This document shows, one piece after another, positions 63,953 to 64,000 of a DNA stretch of 64,000 nt. The notes under the pieces are model-generated. The model was not told where the DNA came from and searched no databases. It saw nothing but the letters and a program-made list of their open reading frames with translations. The DNA is taken from assembly GCA_964187785.1 (NCBI GenBank), contig OZ076409.1, positions 63,490,001-63,554,000 of the forward strand, in the 5' to 3' direction. How positions within the stretch are numbered: position 1 is the first letter of the stretch; every line of letters starts with the position of its first letter. The position numbers and the translations under genes are program-made. Origin of the DNA: Amphiscolops sp. MND2022 (lineage: Eukaryota).

Positions 63953-64000
63953 GGCTGATTTTTGATATATTTTGAGTGGTGATTATGCTGTGCTACCGAT

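Larger units (their letters stand above)
59741..64000 (-). repeat. Right arm of large inverted duplication (runs off window)
   Basis: Begins acctcgattcactagtaaactga, reverse complement of 58141-58163; last 40 bases match 53901-53940. Confidence 0.98.

Overview
AT-rich, repeat-dense metazoan genomic DNA with spliceosomal introns and one 200-N scaffold gap; the species cannot be determined from the sequence. Host genes are a MICOS MIC26/MIC27 (ApoO-family) gene, GPALPP1, a multi-exon gene of unknown function (minus strand) and Miro/RHOT (12 exons traced on the minus strand; coding exon 1 not found). Mobile DNA includes two head-to-tail decayed CRE-like non-LTR retrotransposons with nested MITEs, an intact-looking Tc1-type element (DD35E), a deleted hAT element, Gypsy remnants, Helentron/HINE-like repeats with tRNA-like boxes and a ~170-bp tandem array. 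The most unusual structure is a palindrome of more than 10 kb at the right end. Its arms are 53901-58163 and 59741-64000+ (roughly 99.5% identical by eye) with a 1577-bp spacer. Each arm carries a compact cassette: PC4-like ssDNA-binding ORF, an interrupted ORF with an HUH (PHYHVLF) Rep-like motif that the ORF track splits, an orphan ORF and a divergent MATH-like ORF. The spacer holds a spliced TRAF-like gene. Also notable: 9 of 11 traced Miro splice donors begin GTT. All calls were made by eye, without database searches.
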